Positions 63,564 through 64,000 of a DNA stretch of 64,000 nucleotides are shown one piece after another. Under the pieces are notes generated by a model. The model worked only from the letters and a program-made list of their open reading frames with translations, was not told the DNA's origin and ran no database searches. Made by a program: the position numbers and the translations under genes. The DNA lies in assembly GCA_963650915.1 (NCBI GenBank), contig CAVJMJ010000010.1:1836-65835 (forward strand). The letters are read 5' to 3'. This stretch comes from Parasutterella excrementihominis. GTDB taxonomy: Bacteria > Bacillota > Clostridia > Christensenellales > Borkfalkiaceae. The stretch's first letter is position 1. Each line of letters starts with the position of its first letter.

Positions 63564-64000
63564 TTATTGTTTATTTAAATGTTTAGGTTCGGTCATGGCG
63601 TTTACGTCAAGCACTTTGTTTAACGTTTCCCCGTCCATTAGCCCGTCACGCAACACTATTTGTTTTACCGTCACGCCCGTATCGAGTGATTCGTGGGCAA
63701 TTGCCGCCGCCTTTTTGTAGCCGATATAGGGTGACAAAGCGGTTACGACTGCGATGCTTCCGTTTAAAAGTTCGGAACAACGTTTAATGTTTGCGACGAT
63801 GCCCGATATGCAGTTATCTATAAGCGTCGTAATAGCGCCCGTCAACATGGAGATGCTTTCGAGCATGGAATAAAAGATAACGGGCTCGAAAGCGTTAAGT
63901 TCGAGTTGTCCCGCCTCGGCTGCCATAGTAACGGTAAAGTCGTTACCGATTACTTTAAAAGCGACCTGACTTACTACTTCGGGAATAACGGGGTTGACTT
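63564..64000 (-). CDS. aspA: aspartate ammonia-lyase, C-terminal ~145 aa (N-terminus beyond the window end)
   Basis: The reverse frame is open to the window edge. My translation reads [42 protein letters not shown]. This matches the AspA signature region (E. coli [42 protein letters not shown]) better than fumarase. Confidence 0.8.
   Translation of the reverse strand, partial: [144 protein letters not shown]

Noticed and set aside
63800-63830. TTATCTATAAGCGTCGTAAT inside aspA, TATAGGCGAATG at ~36320 and ATAACGAGTATAAGCGCTATGACTTTT at ~35550 considered as further copies of the dispersed oligo.
   Set aside because: Each matches only 7-9 nt of the core or needs indels, so it is indistinguishable from chance. 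They are not counted among the 18 sites.

Overview
The window looks like chromosomal DNA from a low-to-moderate GC Bacillota (Clostridia-like) organism. The taxon call rests on gene order and protein motifs only; no database search was possible. About two thirds is housekeeping. This includes a partial ppdK, the ylxM-ffh-rpsP-KH-rimM-trmD-ylqF-rnhB-yraN block, and the dnaG-rpoD-trmK-nif3 block. It also includes bioY, hslO, asd-dapB with a divergent aspartate kinase, sepF, csoR-copA, an aconitase-X pair, an enoate-reductase-like flavoenzyme and a partial aspA. The accessory content has three parts: an ABC transporter operon with a 1081-aa Ig/beta-helix exoprotein and an Ig-VanZ protein, a 2863-aa GLUG/MBG surface protein with a small lipoprotein, and a 665-aa repeat lipoprotein. 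I found one tRNA (Glu-CUC). I found no rRNA, CRISPR array, transposase, integrase, prophage or recognisable defence system. The unusual content is non-coding, in five parts. (1) A ~25-nt oligo (core CTATAAGCCCGTTA) recurs at 18 or more sites on both strands, both inside conserved genes and next to stop codons. (2) The tRNA-Glu is followed by three 200-bp tandem units, each ending in an exact copy of the tRNA 3' end plus a terminator hairpin. (3) A structured palindromic repeat family carrying a GGTGAAGGCTTGCTGACGC box fills the ~760-nt gap between CsoR-operator-like sites and csoR, and recurs upstream of the giant gene. (4) There are arrays of 15 x 44-bp and 7 x 35-bp hairpin units. (5) Degenerate short tandem repeats occupy most of the intergenic regions I read, and some are read through in frame in asd, copA and a DUF4886 gene. 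All functional interpretations of these elements are hypotheses. None could be tested here.
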